From the IMG/VR virus record IMGVR_UViG_3300022921_000002, positions 62,001-126,000 of that record: a DNA stretch of 64,000 bases. One strand, written 5' to 3'. This document shows, piece after piece, positions 16,857 through 26,014 of this stretch. Both the position numbers and the translations under genes were made by a program. Within the stretch, counting starts at the first letter, position 1. The number at the start of each line of letters is the position of its first letter. The notes under the pieces are model-generated. The model saw nothing but the letters and a program-made list of their open reading frames with translations, ran no database searches and was not told where the DNA came from.

Positions 16857-17479
16857 ATCATCTCCATATCATTTTCAGCTCGATGGATTGCCTGCAAACG
16901 CATAACATCCGCAAGAATATCCCATGAGCTATCGTGTTCTTTAAAATTATTTTCCCACACTTCTGTACTATTGATTGGACAAAAACCATTGATCTTTGGG
17001 AAATCCAATTTTGCATCAATATAAGTACGTGTATCTCGTATTCTCCAAAACTTTAGGTATTCTTCCATGTGTAGAAGTTTGTTTTGTGATTTAAACAAAC
17101 GACCTAGAATAATAGGATCAAACGTATTTGATCTTGACCACCAATATGTAATGTTTGGTTGGCTAATCAAATAATCCATAAACTCTGAACAGAACATTTC
17201 AACAGTTAAATCATTGGGTGTTGGTTTGATATGCCTACGCACCTCAGGACCTAGTGACTCCCACCAATTAACTGTTGATGCATCAACTTCATATCCATAC
17301 TTTTTAACCTGATTAACAACATCAAGTTTAAACCGTTTTGCTTTTACAACATCGTTGAAGTTGTATGGCTCATCAAGAAACTTATCCCAATTGAATACCA
17401 TAACCGAACAGTCGATTACAGCACATTTATTAGCATCCTTTCCGAATGTTTCGAAGTCAATTATAAGATCGTTTCTCAC
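16853..17479 (-). CDS. dexA: DexA-like 3'-5' exonuclease (DEDD)
   Basis: IIDFET, WSRSNTFD, WRIRDTRT, HDSSWDILAD. Confidence 0.8.
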   Translation of the reverse strand: MRNDLIIDFETFGKDANKCAVIDCSVMVFNWDKFLDEPYNFNDVVKAKRFKLDVVNQVKKYGYEVDASTVNWWESLGPEVRRHIKPTPNDLTVEMFCSEFMDYLISQPNITYWWSRSNTFDPIILGRLFKSQNKLLHMEEYLKFWRIRDTRTYIDAKLDFPKINGFCPINSTEVWENNFKEHDSSWDILADVMRLQAIHRAENDMEMI

Positions 17480-18699
17480 GCAAAGAACTCCTCTAATGTA
17501 GGTTGATTACTTGTACCTCGGACATCCATTTCTGTCTTTTCAGTATGATTATTCTGACGCAAATAGTTTGTTTCAGACATAGGTAGTTCACCGTTAAGGA
17601 ATTTTGCAATCTGCAAGTGCATATCACGAGATGTTGGTACAGGAACATTTTGGGCAATGTGGTTCATAGAAGTCATTCCATTAAGCAACTCAAAATCATC
17701 AGGGAAACCCATCAAATACAATGCTTCACGGATTGTTAGTGAACGGTCATAGTGCGGATGTACTGTGTCTGCAAGGTTACGTCCAATAACAGCATTCATA
17801 CAATCATCAAACACATGGACTGATGCATCCCAAACGCCCAAACCTTGAGCAAACTTTTTGATGGCATGGTCAGTTACGTGTATCCCACGTGTATGTCCTG
17901 TCTCGTGCATCCATTTATTTGCCTCTTGAATTTTACCTGATTTGTTTACATATCCAAATGCCGTTGCCGCAATCTCACGGATAACTTGACGTGCTGTCAT
18001 ATTTGATCCTGGTGGTAGCATTGCTTCAACAAAATTATAATAAGGTTCATCCATTAGGTTTTTGTTTACAATCAAATCTTGGTGTAGTGCATCATCTTTG
18101 ACATCGTTTACATATTCATCAAATCTACGACGTGGGCGTTTATGCCAATCCATAATAGGTGCAGTTTCTGATTTCCAACCAATAGCAAAGGTACGGTCAC
18201 GTGCTTGTGGAATACCATGATATTTTGTTGATGTTTTATATAATGTCATACTATAACCTGCTTTGCTGCAAATGTCAAATAGTTTATCTGCTACAGGTCG
18301 ACCTTTATTAGTAAATAGTGCAGGAGCGTTTTCAACAATAATAGCTTTGGCTTCAAACCTATTAATACCTTCTTTAAAAACTTCGTACATCCATTCGTTC
18401 TTTTCACAACCTGCACCTTTTGCGTCAGGCGCTTTTGCAGTATTCAATTGTGACAATGCAGCACAAGGTGGTGTACCGCTGACAACATCAAGTGATCTTT
18501 TTGCGGCTTCAGGAATCATTGTATAGGCAATATCTCGACCTTTTGTTACATTCTGATAGTTAACATAGTGACTATCGTTTGCTCCAAAGTCAGGATAGGA
18601 ATAGATTGTTTCAGGTGGCTTGCCGAATGCTTTTTCCGCTCCTAGCATTTGACCGCCGATTAGTGGAATGATTGGAGCCCAGGTAATTTCTTTGTTCAT
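17476..18699 (-). CDS. C5-cytosine DNA methyltransferase-like protein with atypical motif I
   Basis: PPC (IV), VENAP (VI), PQARDR (VIII), LTIREALYLMGFPDDF (IX), IAQNVP (X); motif I reads IIPLIGG. Confidence 0.8.
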   Translation of the reverse strand: MNKEITWAPIIPLIGGQMLGAEKAFGKPPETIYSYPDFGANDSHYVNYQNVTKGRDIAYTMIPEAAKRSLDVVSGTPPCAALSQLNTAKAPDAKGAGCEKNEWMYEVFKEGINRFEAKAIIVENAPALFTNKGRPVADKLFDICSKAGYSMTLYKTSTKYHGIPQARDRTFAIGWKSETAPIMDWHKRPRRRFDEYVNDVKDDALHQDLIVNKNLMDEPYYNFVEAMLPPGSNMTARQVIREIAATAFGYVNKSGKIQEANKWMHETGHTRGIHVTDHAIKKFAQGLGVWDASVHVFDDCMNAVIGRNLADTVHPHYDRSLTIREALYLMGFPDDFELLNGMTSMNHIAQNVPVPTSRDMHLQIAKFLNGELPMSETNYLRQNNHTEKTEMDVRGTSNQPTLEEFFA

Positions 18700-18712
18700 A
18701 ATATATCCTTAT

Positions 18713-19975
18713 TTAAAAAAATGCTTCGAGTGTTGCTGGTTTTTGAACTTCATATCCAGTTAAATCAGGTCTCTTATAGTTACTGTCAAATGCGGTGAAG
18801 ATTTTATCATTAATAAAACTACCATCATAATATTCAGGTTTAAGAACAGCTTTACGCAATTCGTAGATTGTTTGCTCATATGCCAATTTGTTATCAATAA
18901 GATATTGAAGATTTTTATGGAATTCTTCAGGTGTTTTTGGGCGCAAGATCTCAGGAATAGGTGTGTGACCTTGCATATCATATGACGGATGTAAGAATGG
19001 AATAACACCAGCATGGATCATTTCAATATACTTTGACGTTACCCAACCTTCTTTAATAGGAATGATAAATGTAAACTTAACATCCTGTAGTTTGTTCTGC
19101 AATTGTTTTAAATGCATTGATCCTTTAAAACGATTATCTCCTTTTGCATTATTACCCCATTTGCCATAGATCTCAACATCATCAAATTTGTCGAGTACCC
19201 ATTCCTTCAGGAGTTTATAACGTGATGGTTTGCCTTCATTAAGAACAACCATGAAGTCAGTGTTACGATTAGTATTTACTTCTTCTGTATATTCGTAATC
19301 AACACAGAATGCTGTTTCCATTGCAGCGTATTCACAGTTAACAGGAATGTCTTGCCGTGATTGATCTTCAATGCTTTTAATTGGATGAGCAGTATAGGTA
19401 TAGTCATATTGGCTCAAACCTTTAAACGGTAGGTGCATAAAGTCACGTGCTTGCCGCATTGTGTATCGAGGATCATTGATAACTTCAACATAATGTGGCT
19501 TACATTCATTTAGCCAAAAAGTCAACGGTGTAACATACCATTTTGTCATATCAAGAACAAATGCTGGTTTGCCATCATCGTTTTCTTCACGAACCTTTTT
19601 CATCTTTTCGGGAATACTTACGTTACCGATTTGACCTACCATCATTACCGTGGCATCAAGCGTGATATTATTTTCTTCAAAATATGTTTTAATCCACCAA
19701 AAATACCGATCAGTTGGTACTCTTTCAATTTTCATTTCTGCCCAAATATCAATAACATTATTATAAGGAAACAGATCTGCTTTATCCGTTTCAGTTAATG
19801 AAGCGAAGTCAGATCTTCCTACAATATAAAATATTTTATCAGGGTTGTTGTTTGCAATAGCACGAAGAACACAAGATGCCTCATTGTCACCACCGACAGG
19901 AGAATATTTGTTTGTCCTTAGCTTTACTGATTTACCAATTTTGGCAAAGGCAATATGTTTCATAATTAAGTCCAT
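18713..19975 (-). CDS. GT-B glycosyltransferase, T4 beta-glucosyltransferase-like (putative hmC sugar transferase)
   Basis: MKHIAFAKIG N-terminus, DVEIYGKW, KFTFIIP...TSKYIEMIHAGVIPFLHPSYD; next to sugar-activation genes. Confidence 0.6.
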   Translation of the reverse strand: MDLIMKHIAFAKIGKSVKLRTNKYSPVGGDNEASCVLRAIANNNPDKIFYIVGRSDFASLTETDKADLFPYNNVIDIWAEMKIERVPTDRYFWWIKTYFEENNITLDATVMMVGQIGNVSIPEKMKKVREENDDGKPAFVLDMTKWYVTPLTFWLNECKPHYVEVINDPRYTMRQARDFMHLPFKGLSQYDYTYTAHPIKSIEDQSRQDIPVNCEYAAMETAFCVDYEYTEEVNTNRNTDFMVVLNEGKPSRYKLLKEWVLDKFDDVEIYGKWGNNAKGDNRFKGSMHLKQLQNKLQDVKFTFIIPIKEGWVTSKYIEMIHAGVIPFLHPSYDMQGHTPIPEILRPKTPEEFHKNLQYLIDNKLAYEQTIYELRKAVLKPEYYDGSFINDKIFTAFDSNYKRPDLTGYEVQKPATLEAFF

Positions 19976-20328
19976 TCCATAGTTTTAACGAATTGCTCGG
20001 GAGTTATTGCTTTATCGTCAATATAGTAAACACCGTATGGTTTACCCCAAACAATTTCATCATAAGGAACGTCGTACTTTTTTAGCCAATCGACTGTAAT
20101 CTGTCCGACGTCTTCAATAATTTTATTTATGTCACCGCCATGAGTTAACATTCTGCGTGCTGTATGTAGCACAATCCGATAACCTTTTGACTTTGCCTTT
20201 TGCAGACTTTTAATCATAGGTTCATTTGGTAGAGCCATAGCATACTTCTGTTCTGATTCTTTTTGGTTATGTCTAGGGTAACATATAGTATCGTCTATGT
20301 CAACTACAATTGTTTCTTGCGTACTCAT
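19966..20328 (-). CDS. HAD-family phosphatase (capsule biosynthesis EcbF/BcbF-like)
   Basis: VVDIDDTI, LHTARRM, VPYDEIVWGKP, YYIDDKA. Confidence 0.85.
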   Translation of the reverse strand: MSTQETIVVDIDDTICYPRHNQKESEQKYAMALPNEPMIKSLQKAKSKGYRIVLHTARRMLTHGGDINKIIEDVGQITVDWLKKYDVPYDEIVWGKPYGVYYIDDKAITPEQFVKTMEWT

Positions 20329-21775
20329 TAATATAATCTCTCATTCTTTGTTGTCTGTCTTCGCAGTCATAATGAAGTTTAATACAAGTTGCGATTAACA
20401 GTGCACCGCCATCTATGATTTCGTCATAATCATTAGGAAAGTACTCTTTAATTAATTCAGAAAAACATTCCCGAACCGCTGTGGGGTATTTATGCCCCGT
20501 AACTAGTTCGTTATATCCATGATATAGGTCGTGTGACAATTTGCACATATCATAAAGGTAATCACCACCGATACCTATATAATCACCATAAGATCCTCGT
20601 GGATCCAATAATGTAAAAGCATCATTATATGGGTTATACAGAATGTTGCCAAAGTGCAAATCACCGTGCATAGCATCAACAGGTTTTGCCTTTTTCAGAC
20701 AGCGTTCCGCAACATTTCGGTAATACGGACTATCAGTTTCTAATCGTTCTTCTGTTTTATCAATCCACATCTTTTTTGCATTGTCAGGAAAATTGGCAGT
20801 AAACTCAAGAGTTGGCTTACGATGAAAATGGTTTGACATTGTAACTATAACTCTTTCAATCAAATACCGTATAGTACTTTTTGATATGTCCTCATGAGCA
20901 AATAGATCAGATAGCAGAATGCCTGACTCATAGGACATGGTCAGGGAATAATCATCTTTTAATACTTTAGGAATGAGCATGCTTTGAATAGGTGACAGTG
21001 ATGTATACCAATTCTTTTCATTCATAATAGTTCTTGTGGCAAAACTGTTATTTGCATTTGGAATCTTTGTAATCATATTGAGATCGGCATGATATTCAAA
21101 CGAATTAAACTCACGTGCCTTTAGTGTCAACAATGTAGCACAAGTTTTATGGTATGAGGCAATATCACCAATATCATACCACAATTCTGTACTTACGTTA
21201 TTAAAGTTACCATAATCTTCAAGTGCATCCGAGATATCATATCCTTTGCTATCACAAAAAGCAATGGATGCAGTTTGACCACACTTAAAGCTGTATAGAC
21301 CTACGAGTGCGGTTGCGTTATCAATGTTTTCTTTTGGTTTATTGTAATATTTTTCACCATCCCACATACACCAAGCAAAGTGATCTTCAACTTGTTTTGT
21401 TAAAAGGAAGTCTGTACCCAACGGCATATTTTCTTCAAGGATAATTGCGTCACCCAACCAAACAACAAGAGGACATTCCCAATTACCCAAATTTTCAATA
21501 CCAACAGCAATAGCGTCACGAGGTCCATTTAGTGATCCTTGTTTTACACATTTAATATTTTTATATTTTGATTTTTCAACCCAGTCACGAATATCATTAT
21601 GCTTACCATCAACAATAACGATCTGCCCAACTTGATCAGCATTCTTATAAATTGATTCAATAATATATTCAATAGTAGGTTTACCGTGGACACGGATCAT
21701 AGCCTTGCTACAATTTGCTGTTAGCGGTTTAAGGCGTGTTGCTTCTCCTGCCGCTGGTATCACTACATTTATCAT
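20300..21775 (-). CDS. Fused sugar nucleotidyltransferase plus APH/choline-kinase-like domain
   Basis: N-terminal IPAAGEATRL, WLGD, WYDIG; C-terminal HGDLHFGNIL, LDPRG. Confidence 0.8.
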   Translation of the reverse strand: MINVVIPAAGEATRLKPLTANCSKAMIRVHGKPTIEYIIESIYKNADQVGQIVIVDGKHNDIRDWVEKSKYKNIKCVKQGSLNGPRDAIAVGIENLGNWECPLVVWLGDAIILEENMPLGTDFLLTKQVEDHFAWCMWDGEKYYNKPKENIDNATALVGLYSFKCGQTASIAFCDSKGYDISDALEDYGNFNNVSTELWYDIGDIASYHKTCATLLTLKAREFNSFEYHADLNMITKIPNANNSFATRTIMNEKNWYTSLSPIQSMLIPKVLKDDYSLTMSYESGILLSDLFAHEDISKSTIRYLIERVIVTMSNHFHRKPTLEFTANFPDNAKKMWIDKTEERLETDSPYYRNVAERCLKKAKPVDAMHGDLHFGNILYNPYNDAFTLLDPRGSYGDYIGIGGDYLYDMCKLSHDLYHGYNELVTGHKYPTAVRECFSELIKEYFPNDYDEIIDGGALLIATCIKLHYDCEDRQQRMRDYINEYARNNCS

Positions 21776-22409
21776 AATTTAATCTCCACTCGTCGTATTC
21801 ATCTTCAAGGTTAACCCATTGTGGTTTACATAGACCTGACCAACTATGTCTCTTGTCCCAAACAAACCACGCATATGCAATCATACCACCAATCTGATGT
21901 TTCTTTTCAATCGGCTCAATAGAATCCTTTTTGAATTGAACTCGGTCCGATAAAAATATTATATCACTAGGAGGGTGGTTTGTAAACAACTTTTTTCGTT
22001 TTTTTCCTTCTAAAAAGGTTAAACGTAGAAACATTGCTACATAATCATATTCACCTATCCATTTTTCCGCCATCTTTCGTGGTAAGTCTTTATGATATGG
22101 TGGGTTTGTCACTACTCCATCAAAACCTGTTGGCTTTTGCAATTCCATTGCGTCATAAGAAGTATTTATGCTACATAAAGAATCGGAATATTCATTGAGA
22201 TCATAACTTAAAACATTGTGACCATTCCGCGCAAGCTCAACCGAAATGTTACCACGACCTGCGCATGGTTCAACTATATCTCTTGGTGGTTTACAATACT
22301 TTGTGAGAACGAATGTTGCAAGTGGAGGTGTTGGGTAAAAATCATTCGTTCTTCGGTTAGGGTCATCTTTCTTGACCCCAACATAGACATCGGTTAAACT
22401 ATTAGCCAA
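21729..22409 (-). CDS. N6-adenine (or N4-cytosine) DNA methyltransferase
   Basis: DFYPTP, EPCAGRGNI, VVTNPPY. Confidence 0.85.
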   Translation of the reverse strand: MANSLTDVYVGVKKDDPNRRTNDFYPTPPLATFVLTKYCKPPRDIVEPCAGRGNISVELARNGHNVLSYDLNEYSDSLCSINTSYDAMELQKPTGFDGVVTNPPYHKDLPRKMAEKWIGEYDYVAMFLRLTFLEGKKRKKLFTNHPPSDIIFLSDRVQFKKDSIEPIEKKHQIGGMIAYAWFVWDKRHSWSGLCKPQWVNLEDEYDEWRLNYDKCSDTSGRRSNTP

Positions 22410-22905
22410 GGTGTGTTACCAAAATACCTGCCTCTTTAAACATAGGCGCAGATTGCGTGGTCCATAAGTCAACCCATTTCTCGGGTGTGTTGTATGTTGC
22501 TTCGCGGATTACAACTCGGCGAATACCGGATTGAATAATAAGTTTAGTACAGTCAGGACACACTGGCAATCCGTGGACATATATTGTTGCATTCTTTAAT
22601 GAAACACCAGAATACAAAGCATTCATCAAAGCATTAGTTTCCGCATGGACAATCCGTGGGTATTTTTCATCTCGGTTTTCTAAACGCTCAATACTATCTT
22701 CAATACCTTTTGGAAAACCATTATAACCAGTAGCAAGAATACGTCGTTCGTCATTTACACAAACAGCACCAATCTGACTCGACGGATCTTTACTCCATTT
22801 AGAAATTGTTTCAGCCAATTCCATAAATCGCTTATCCCATTTGAGTTGACGTTCATCTTCCTCACGGTATTTTCGACTTATAAATCTATCATATGGTTCT
22901 TGCAT
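22402..22905 (-). CDS. cd: dCMP deaminase
   Basis: SKDPSSQIGA, GYNGFPKG, HAETNA, PVCPDC. Confidence 0.92.
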   Translation of the reverse strand: MQEPYDRFISRKYREEDERQLKWDKRFMELAETISKWSKDPSSQIGAVCVNDERRILATGYNGFPKGIEDSIERLENRDEKYPRIVHAETNALMNALYSGVSLKNATIYVHGLPVCPDCTKLIIQSGIRRVVIREATYNTPEKWVDLWTTQSAPMFKEAGILVTHLG

Positions 22906-24143
22906 TACATACCTCGAATAGCAATAGTTGAATTTAAACCACCAAACGCAAAGTTATTACTGATTGCAACATCAACCTTCTTTTCCTTTGCGGTATTTGG
23001 TACGACGTCAAGATCACATTCAGGATCAGGTTCTTCATAATTAATTGTTGGTGCAATAATGCCATCGTTTACTGCCATAATTGCCGCAAGTAATTCAACT
23101 GCACCTGTTCCGCCAATACAATGTCCGTGCATAGATTTGGTTGAACTTACACTCAATTTATGAGCATGGTCACCGAATGTTTGTTTGATAGCATCAATTT
23201 CAGTTCTATCATTTGGAACTGTGCCTGTACCATGAGCATTTATATAATCAACTTGTTCTGGGTTAATTGATGCATCTTTGAGGCATTTTTTCATTGATCT
23301 AATCAATCCTGAAACTTCAGGCATCACAAGATCACTTGAGTCTGCAGTACACGCCGCACCTAATACTTCACAGATGATATTTGCACCACGATTTTTAGCA
23401 TGCCAATATTCTTCAAAGACAAATACACCTGCGCCTTCACCGTGAACAATACCTTGACGCCCAAGAGAAAACGGTCGACAGTAACCTGGGCTTACAACGC
23501 GCAAACCTTCCCATGCTTTCATTCCTGATAGATTTAGAATTGCTTCTGAACCACCTGTCAGCATAACAGGAGCCATACCGTATTTAACCATATGGAATGC
23601 TTGTGTCATTGCGTGGTTAGCAGAAGCACATCCTGACGTTACAGTAAATGATGGACCTTTGATATTATGTTCCATTGAGATATGGCAAACAGGAGCATTA
23701 CCCATAACACGTGGAATAATAAAAGGATTAGCACGGCGTTTTGGATTATCAGATGCAAAGTAATTATGATATGTCCGTTCCCAGGTTTCAGCGCCACCAC
23801 TACCGTTACCCATAATAATACCTGCTTCCTCAGCAAGTTCACCATCAAATTCTAAACCTGATTGTTCTACTGCCTCGCGGGCTGCAAGTATATTGAGTTG
23901 TGTAAACCTATCAAAGATTGCAATTTGCATTCTTGTCCAATGGTCTTTTTCATCATAGCCTTTAATTTGGCCACCACGAGTGTAGCGCATATTTTGAATT
24001 TCTATGATGTTTTGGAGTTCGCTAATGCCGTCGGTGCCTTCGGCCATTGCTTTCATTGTATCTTGGGCAGTCCATCCTAAAGAATTTATAGTGCCCATGC
24101 CTGTAATAACAACACGGTTAGTCTGTCTTGTTGAGCTCATCAA
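22905..24143 (-). CDS. fabF: Beta-ketoacyl-ACP synthase II, FabF/NodE-like
   Basis: RVVITGMG; catalytic Cys in TSGCASANHA; His in INAHGTGT and KSMHGH; NNFAFGG; KAWEGLRV segment typical of NodE-like paralogues. Confidence 0.93.
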   Translation of the reverse strand: MMSSTRQTNRVVITGMGTINSLGWTAQDTMKAMAEGTDGISELQNIIEIQNMRYTRGGQIKGYDEKDHWTRMQIAIFDRFTQLNILAAREAVEQSGLEFDGELAEEAGIIMGNGSGGAETWERTYHNYFASDNPKRRANPFIIPRVMGNAPVCHISMEHNIKGPSFTVTSGCASANHAMTQAFHMVKYGMAPVMLTGGSEAILNLSGMKAWEGLRVVSPGYCRPFSLGRQGIVHGEGAGVFVFEEYWHAKNRGANIICEVLGAACTADSSDLVMPEVSGLIRSMKKCLKDASINPEQVDYINAHGTGTVPNDRTEIDAIKQTFGDHAHKLSVSSTKSMHGHCIGGTGAVELLAAIMAVNDGIIAPTINYEEPDPECDLDVVPNTAKEKKVDVAISNNFAFGGLNSTIAIRGM

Positions 24144-24321
24144 TTAATGTTTTCCTTTTTTCACTACCCATTGCTCCATCAAAAAGTGATTTGGCAGAAG
24201 TCATAAGACAACTGCCGAGCATTAGGATTTCTTCATTATCATCACACATCATAATAAGCCGATCTAATTCAGAATTAAAATAAGTCATTCTTTTTACAAC
24301 GTGGCGTGCGGAATGTGGCAT
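24118..24321 (-). CDS. Hypothetical protein
   Basis: 67-aa ORF coupled to its neighbours. Confidence 0.5.
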   Translation of the reverse strand: MPHSARHVVKRMTYFNSELDRLIMMCDDNEEILMLGSCLMTSAKSLFDGAMGSEKRKTLIDELNKTD

Positions 24322-24593
24322 TACTCTTCAACAAGCTCCACTGAAATAACTTTCTTTACTTTAATACCATCCCACCGATCCTTGCGGATATCGTAACAAC
24401 CAGTATGAGAAGGTGTCAACACAGGTGGATTGTTTATGCGGCCGCGCTTGTTTGGCATATCAGGAATTAGTTCAGGCTTGAGTGTGTAATGCTTACTGCG
24501 TGTACCAGTTTTATCATTACGTTCCCAGGTGACAAGGCATTCGCCTTCCTGTAATTTAGCTTTAAATGCTGCTTTACTCCATGTCCCTAGCAT
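24321..24593 (-). CDS. WYL-like/Sm-like small protein
   Basis: KLQEGECLVTW...YTL...YDIRKDRWDGIKVKKV resembles the DUF2693/WYL_2 pattern. Confidence 0.45.
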   Translation of the reverse strand: MLGTWSKAAFKAKLQEGECLVTWERNDKTGTRSKHYTLKPELIPDMPNKRGRINNPPVLTPSHTGCYDIRKDRWDGIKVKKVISVELVEE

Positions 24594-24810
24594 CGGATTC
24601 TCCTATCATTCGTTTTTCCATATTTTCTTTTACGTCCATTACTTTTTCATTTTCAATTATATTAATAATGATATTAGTAATGTCTAAATCTTTTTGTAGG
24701 AAAGACATTTTGGTTTTTATTTTTTCAATCTGTGCTCGATAAAATTCAAGCTCTTTTTCTTTTCTGAGTTTTGTCTCGATAACATCTGATATTCGTATTA
24801 ATTTACTCAT
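24574..24810 (-). CDS. Coiled-coil hypothetical protein
   Basis: 78 aa, heptad-rich. Confidence 0.55.
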   Translation of the reverse strand: MSKLIRISDVIETKLRKEKELEFYRAQIEKIKTKMSFLQKDLDITNIIINIIENEKVMDVKENMEKRMIGESDARDME

Positions 24811-24818
24811 GGATATAT

Positions 24819-25517
24819 TTATACAACAAGATCAAAATGACGTTCGTATACGTGCAAGTTCATCACTTGCCATGTCAGCATGCCTTTTTCAATAGTAAAG
24901 TGTTTATTACCAGGAAGCTCACAACGGCTGTTCCATCGAGTAACAAGTTGATCCATTAGGTATTGAGCCCATGCGTAATCATTCTTGTAACCAAATACAA
25001 CATCATTAGAACGCATTTGCGATACCATATGTAGAATACCATCACGGATATAGAATGTTTGAGCGTTGGTACAAATGAAATCAGACTTACCGTTTTCATC
25101 AAACTCAACCCAGATAGATGGACGATTGTAAACCATTTGAGCACGACGGCTGTCAGGATTACGCCACAGTTCATCAAAAGCATTTTCAAATTGATTGAAA
25201 TACTTTGGTGAATTTACAAGGTGACCGTAGTTTGAATTGATTTCACCGTTTGGATCAGCAGCATATTGCCATGCCGCAGGTGGTTCTTTAGATGGTCCGT
25301 AAATATCATTAATATTTGTTGAACCTGATTTGTACCATTCCAATTCTGATTCAATATAACTTTGACTTGGTTTACCAAAGATTGCTGGTTCAGTTGCAAG
25401 AAAGTTTGCACCGATTAATTCAATAGTACGTTGGCCTGTTTTATCAATAGTGAATGCTTCATCTTTAAGCTCACCTTTGAAAAACTCACGGATATCATAT
25501 ACGCTATCAATTCTCAT
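24819..25517 (-). CDS. gp42: dCMP hydroxymethylase (T4 gp42 family)
   Basis: DKTGQRTIELIGANF, ELEWY, GEINSNYG, NPDSRR, DFICT, MRSNDVVFGYKNDYAW (Asp at the dCMP-specificity position), LHVYERHF. Confidence 0.93.
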   Translation of the reverse strand: MRIDSVYDIREFFKGELKDEAFTIDKTGQRTIELIGANFLATEPAIFGKPSQSYIESELEWYKSGSTNINDIYGPSKEPPAAWQYAADPNGEINSNYGHLVNSPKYFNQFENAFDELWRNPDSRRAQMVYNRPSIWVEFDENGKSDFICTNAQTFYIRDGILHMVSQMRSNDVVFGYKNDYAWAQYLMDQLVTRWNSRCELPGNKHFTIEKGMLTWQVMNLHVYERHFDLVV

Positions 25518-26014
25518 GCGAATGTCCTTTTATAGTTTGACTTGTCTATTTCTTTAATTCTATTATACAACGGTTCGTTATTAATGTCAATAATTTTATT
25601 AAATGTTTCGAGCGCAAATCCTGCGGTATGCCTATTGTCTCGTTTGTTTTGAATAACTCTAAACCTACGTTGACCAGGTGGAGGTGCTTCCCATAATGTA
25701 ACAAGCTTTGATCCAGGCCGTGGGTTTTGAACAATAATCCATCGGTCGGCATTTAAACACTTATCAAGTTGATTACTTACGGCACCACCTTTAGTTGTTG
25801 TAATCGGAACAGTAAATGCCTCATACGTTTCCATGTTAGGTACTTTAAAATGGTAATAAATTGTTTGGAATTTAACTTCGGCATGTCTGCCGTCAATCAT
25901 CATATCCTTTGACATATCAAACGGATCTTCCGACATTTCAACTTTGCAATTTTGCATTTCAAAGTATTCTTTTACAATACGTTCACCTAATTTACCTAAC
26001 CGTTCTATGCTCAT
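25514..26014 (-). CDS. PD-(D/E)xK nuclease-like protein
   Basis: GKLGERIV...D-MMIDGRHA-EVK pattern. Confidence 0.55.
   Translation of the reverse strand: MSIERLGKLGERIVKEYFEMQNCKVEMSEDPFDMSKDMMIDGRHAEVKFQTIYYHFKVPNMETYEAFTVPITTTKGGAVSNQLDKCLNADRWIIVQNPRPGSKLVTLWEAPPPGQRRFRVIQNKRDNRHTAGFALETFNKIIDINNEPLYNRIKEIDKSNYKRTFA

Noticed and set aside
24819-25517. Ordinary thymidylate synthase
   Set aside because: It has Asp rather than Asn at the base-specificity position and matches gp42 along its length (GEINSNYG, RSNDVVFG).
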